From: Alphaproteobacteria bacterium
Lineage (GTDB): Bacteria > Pseudomonadota > Alphaproteobacteria > MED-G09
Assembly: GCA_045565415.1 (NCBI GenBank)
Contig: JBJLFK010000042.1
Location: 1-62,124, forward strand
Direction: 5' to 3'
DNA: 62,124 bases
Each line of letters begins with the position of its first letter. Position 1 is the first letter of the stretch. Below the pieces are notes generated by a model. It saw only the letters and a program-made list of their open reading frames with translations, searched no databases and had not been told where the DNA came from. The translations under genes and the position numbers were made by a program. Of the stretch, positions 61,011-62,124 are shown in pieces.

Positions 61011-61038
61011 CTTGAAAAATATATACTCATCACTATCT
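61011..61038 (+). promoter_or_regulatory. Candidate RpoH (sigma32)-type heat-shock promoter of hsp20
   Basis: CTTGAAA (61011-61017), a 13-nt spacer and CACTATCT (61031-61038) compare with the remembered consensus CTTGAAA-N13-15-CCCCATNT. The element lies about 65-90 nt upstream of the hsp20 ATG. Confidence 0.35.
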
Positions 61039-61102
61039 AATAATTGAAGACGCCTTTTGAGGGTCTTCATTTGTTAAACTTGCTTTTTAAAGGAGTATAA
61101 AA

Positions 61103-61552
61103 ATGAGAACAACTTTTGACACTATATGGAGAGATTTATCTCCATTTACTATTGGCTTTGATCGTACCTTTGATACATTGTCTTTATTGGCTAAAAATCA
61201 AACTCAAAATGTGAATTATCCACCTTATAATATTAGAAAATTATCGGATAATAAATACAGTATTGAGCTAGCATTAGCCGGTTTTGAAGAAAAAGATGTT
61301 GATATCGAAGTAGTTGGTGAAAACCTTGTAATTTCAGGAAAAAGACCAGATGACTCAAATGATAATTTGGTTCATCAAGGTTTAGCTGCAAGAAATTTCA
61401 ATAGAAAATTCGTACTTTCAGATGATATGGTCGTAAAAGGCGCAGCTCTTTCTAACGGAATTTTATATGTTGGACTTGAAAGAGTGATACCTGATCATAA
61501 AAAACCAAAAAAGATTACTCTTACATCAAAAGAAAATCTTTTAAAAAATTAA
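61103..61552 (+). CDS. Small heat shock protein, Hsp20/IbpA family
   Basis: It has an alpha-crystallin domain (YPPYNIRKLSDNKYSIELALAGFEEKDVDIEV...LVISGKR...FNRKFVLSDD...A.LSNGILYV). Length is 149 aa. An AAGGAG Shine-Dalgarno sequence lies 8 nt upstream. Confidence 0.92.
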   Translation: MRTTFDTIWRDLSPFTIGFDRTFDTLSLLAKNQTQNVNYPPYNIRKLSDNKYSIELALAGFEEKDVDIEVVGENLVISGKRPDDSNDNLVHQGLAARNFNRKFVLSDDMVVKGAALSNGILYVGLERVIPDHKKPKKITLTSKENLLKN

Positions 61553-61556
61553 CGTC

Positions 61557-61585
61557 AAAAGGGGGTGTTAATACCCCCTTTTTTT
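61557..61585 (+). terminator. Rho-independent terminator after hsp20
   Basis: The stem AAAAGGGGG (61557-61565) pairs with CCCCCTTTT (61574-61582) across the loop TGTTAATA. A T7 run runs to 61585. It is the only clear GC-stem plus U-tract terminator I see in the window. Confidence 0.85.
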
Positions 61586-61651
61586 AAATAAATTGCTAGA
61601 TACTTTGAAAAAAATATATAATCTGTTTTTATCAATTTTTCAAAGTGAACA

Positions 61652-62124
61652 ATGTCATCAATAACTGAAAACCCATCAAGCAGCTTAAGGAATTATGTTT
61701 TAGGTATACTTGTTGTTGTTTACACATTTAATTTTATTGATCGTCAAATTTTATCGATTCTTTTAGAATCTATTAAGAATGATTTAAATTTATCAGATAC
61801 ATCGCTTGGAATGTTAACAGGTTTCGCTTTTGCGTTATTCTACGCTACACTTGGTATTCCGATAGCCAAGTATGCTGATTATGGAAATAGAAGGAACTTA
61901 ATTTCGTTTGCAATTGGTGTTTGGAGCTTTATGACATCTCTCTCTGGACTTGCACAAAATTTTTTCCACTTATTAATAGCTAGAATTGGAGTTGGTATAG
62001 GCGAAGCTGGTTGTAGCCCCCCTGCTCACTCTATGATATCAGACTATTTTCCCGCAAATGTCAGATCTACCGCATTAGGCATTTATTCACTAGGGATTCC
62101 TTTTGGAATTATGTTTGGTTTATT
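61652..62124 (+). CDS. MFS transporter, N-terminal part (the gene runs off the right edge)
   Basis: My own translation from ATG 61652 reads MSSITENPSSSLRNYVLGILVVVYTFNFIDRQILSILLESIKNDL...LIARIGVGIGEAGCSPPAHSMISDYFP.... It shows MFS TM1-TM4 with the G-x-G-E-A loop. There is no stop before the window end. Confidence 0.75.
   Translation, partial: MSSITENPSSSLRNYVLGILVVVYTFNFIDRQILSILLESIKNDLNLSDTSLGMLTGFAFALFYATLGIPIAKYADYGNRRNLISFAIGVWSFMTSLSGLAQNFFHLLIARIGVGIGEAGCSPPAHSMISDYFPANVRSTALGIYSLGIPFGIMFGL

Noticed and set aside
1-62124. A search for tRNA, rRNA or other structured RNA genes, CRISPR arrays, IS elements, integrases, prophage or defence genes, toxin-antitoxin pairs and biosynthetic clusters.
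   Set aside because: There is no spacer long or GC-rich enough for a tRNA or rRNA, and no repeat-spacer periodicity. No ORF has transposase, integrase, nuclease-defence or TA signatures. Every ORF longer than 110 aa is accounted for by a housekeeping or metabolic family. The window looks like core chromosome, not an accessory island.

Overview
This is a visibly AT-rich, extremely gene-dense stretch of bacterial chromosome. I count 65 protein-coding genes on both strands, two of them frame-disrupted as sequenced. I recognise no rRNA or tRNA genes, CRISPR arrays, transposases, integrases or phage genes. The content is almost entirely core housekeeping, arranged in classical proteobacterial clusters: an Rrf2/IscR-like regulator with sufB-C-D-S; tyrS; bcp; prfB; a cell-wall amidase; rne; a BepA-like M48 protease; a DsbA-like oxidoreductase; aroQ-accB-accC; mlaD next to an NDUFA12-like gene; aspS; rnd; an hda-like gene; pgsA; purM-purN; ndk; pepA-holC divergent from lptF-lptG; lptD-surA-pdxA-rsmA; gmk; fabD-fabG-acpP-fabF; rpsF-rpsR-rplI; dnaB; mlaE-mlaF; cvpA-purF-SDR; yfgM-like-bamB-der; an lpxL-like acyltransferase; a DUF2093-like gene with xseA; purD with an APH-type kinase; rpiA; a djlA-like gene; an acyl-CoA dehydrogenase/enoyl-CoA hydratase operon; an orphan Rieske oxygenase; hsp20; and the start of an MFS transporter. 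The NDUFA12-like, Hda-like and DUF2093-like genes, the RNase E ending in GWW, and the tiny spacers suggest a genome-streamlined alphaproteobacterium of the SAR11/Pelagibacterales kind. That placement is inference; I ran no search. I found no convincing novel multi-gene system: no defence island, biosynthetic cluster or mobile element. The items most worth a second look are these. (1) prfB and der, both normally essential, are each interrupted by one extra base; prfB has this in addition to its textbook programmed +1 frameshift site. (2) An IscR-type palindrome sits on the -35 of the suf regulator promoter. (3) All nine convergent gene junctions have 0-6 nt gaps or overlapping stop codons, so there is no room for terminators. 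(4) An A11 run fills the pdxA/rsmA overlap, and losing one A would fuse the two proteins. (5) An ACAD(large)-ACAD(small)-hydratase-ACAD(large) operon may be heteromeric. All coordinates were counted by hand and calibrated against the ORF track.
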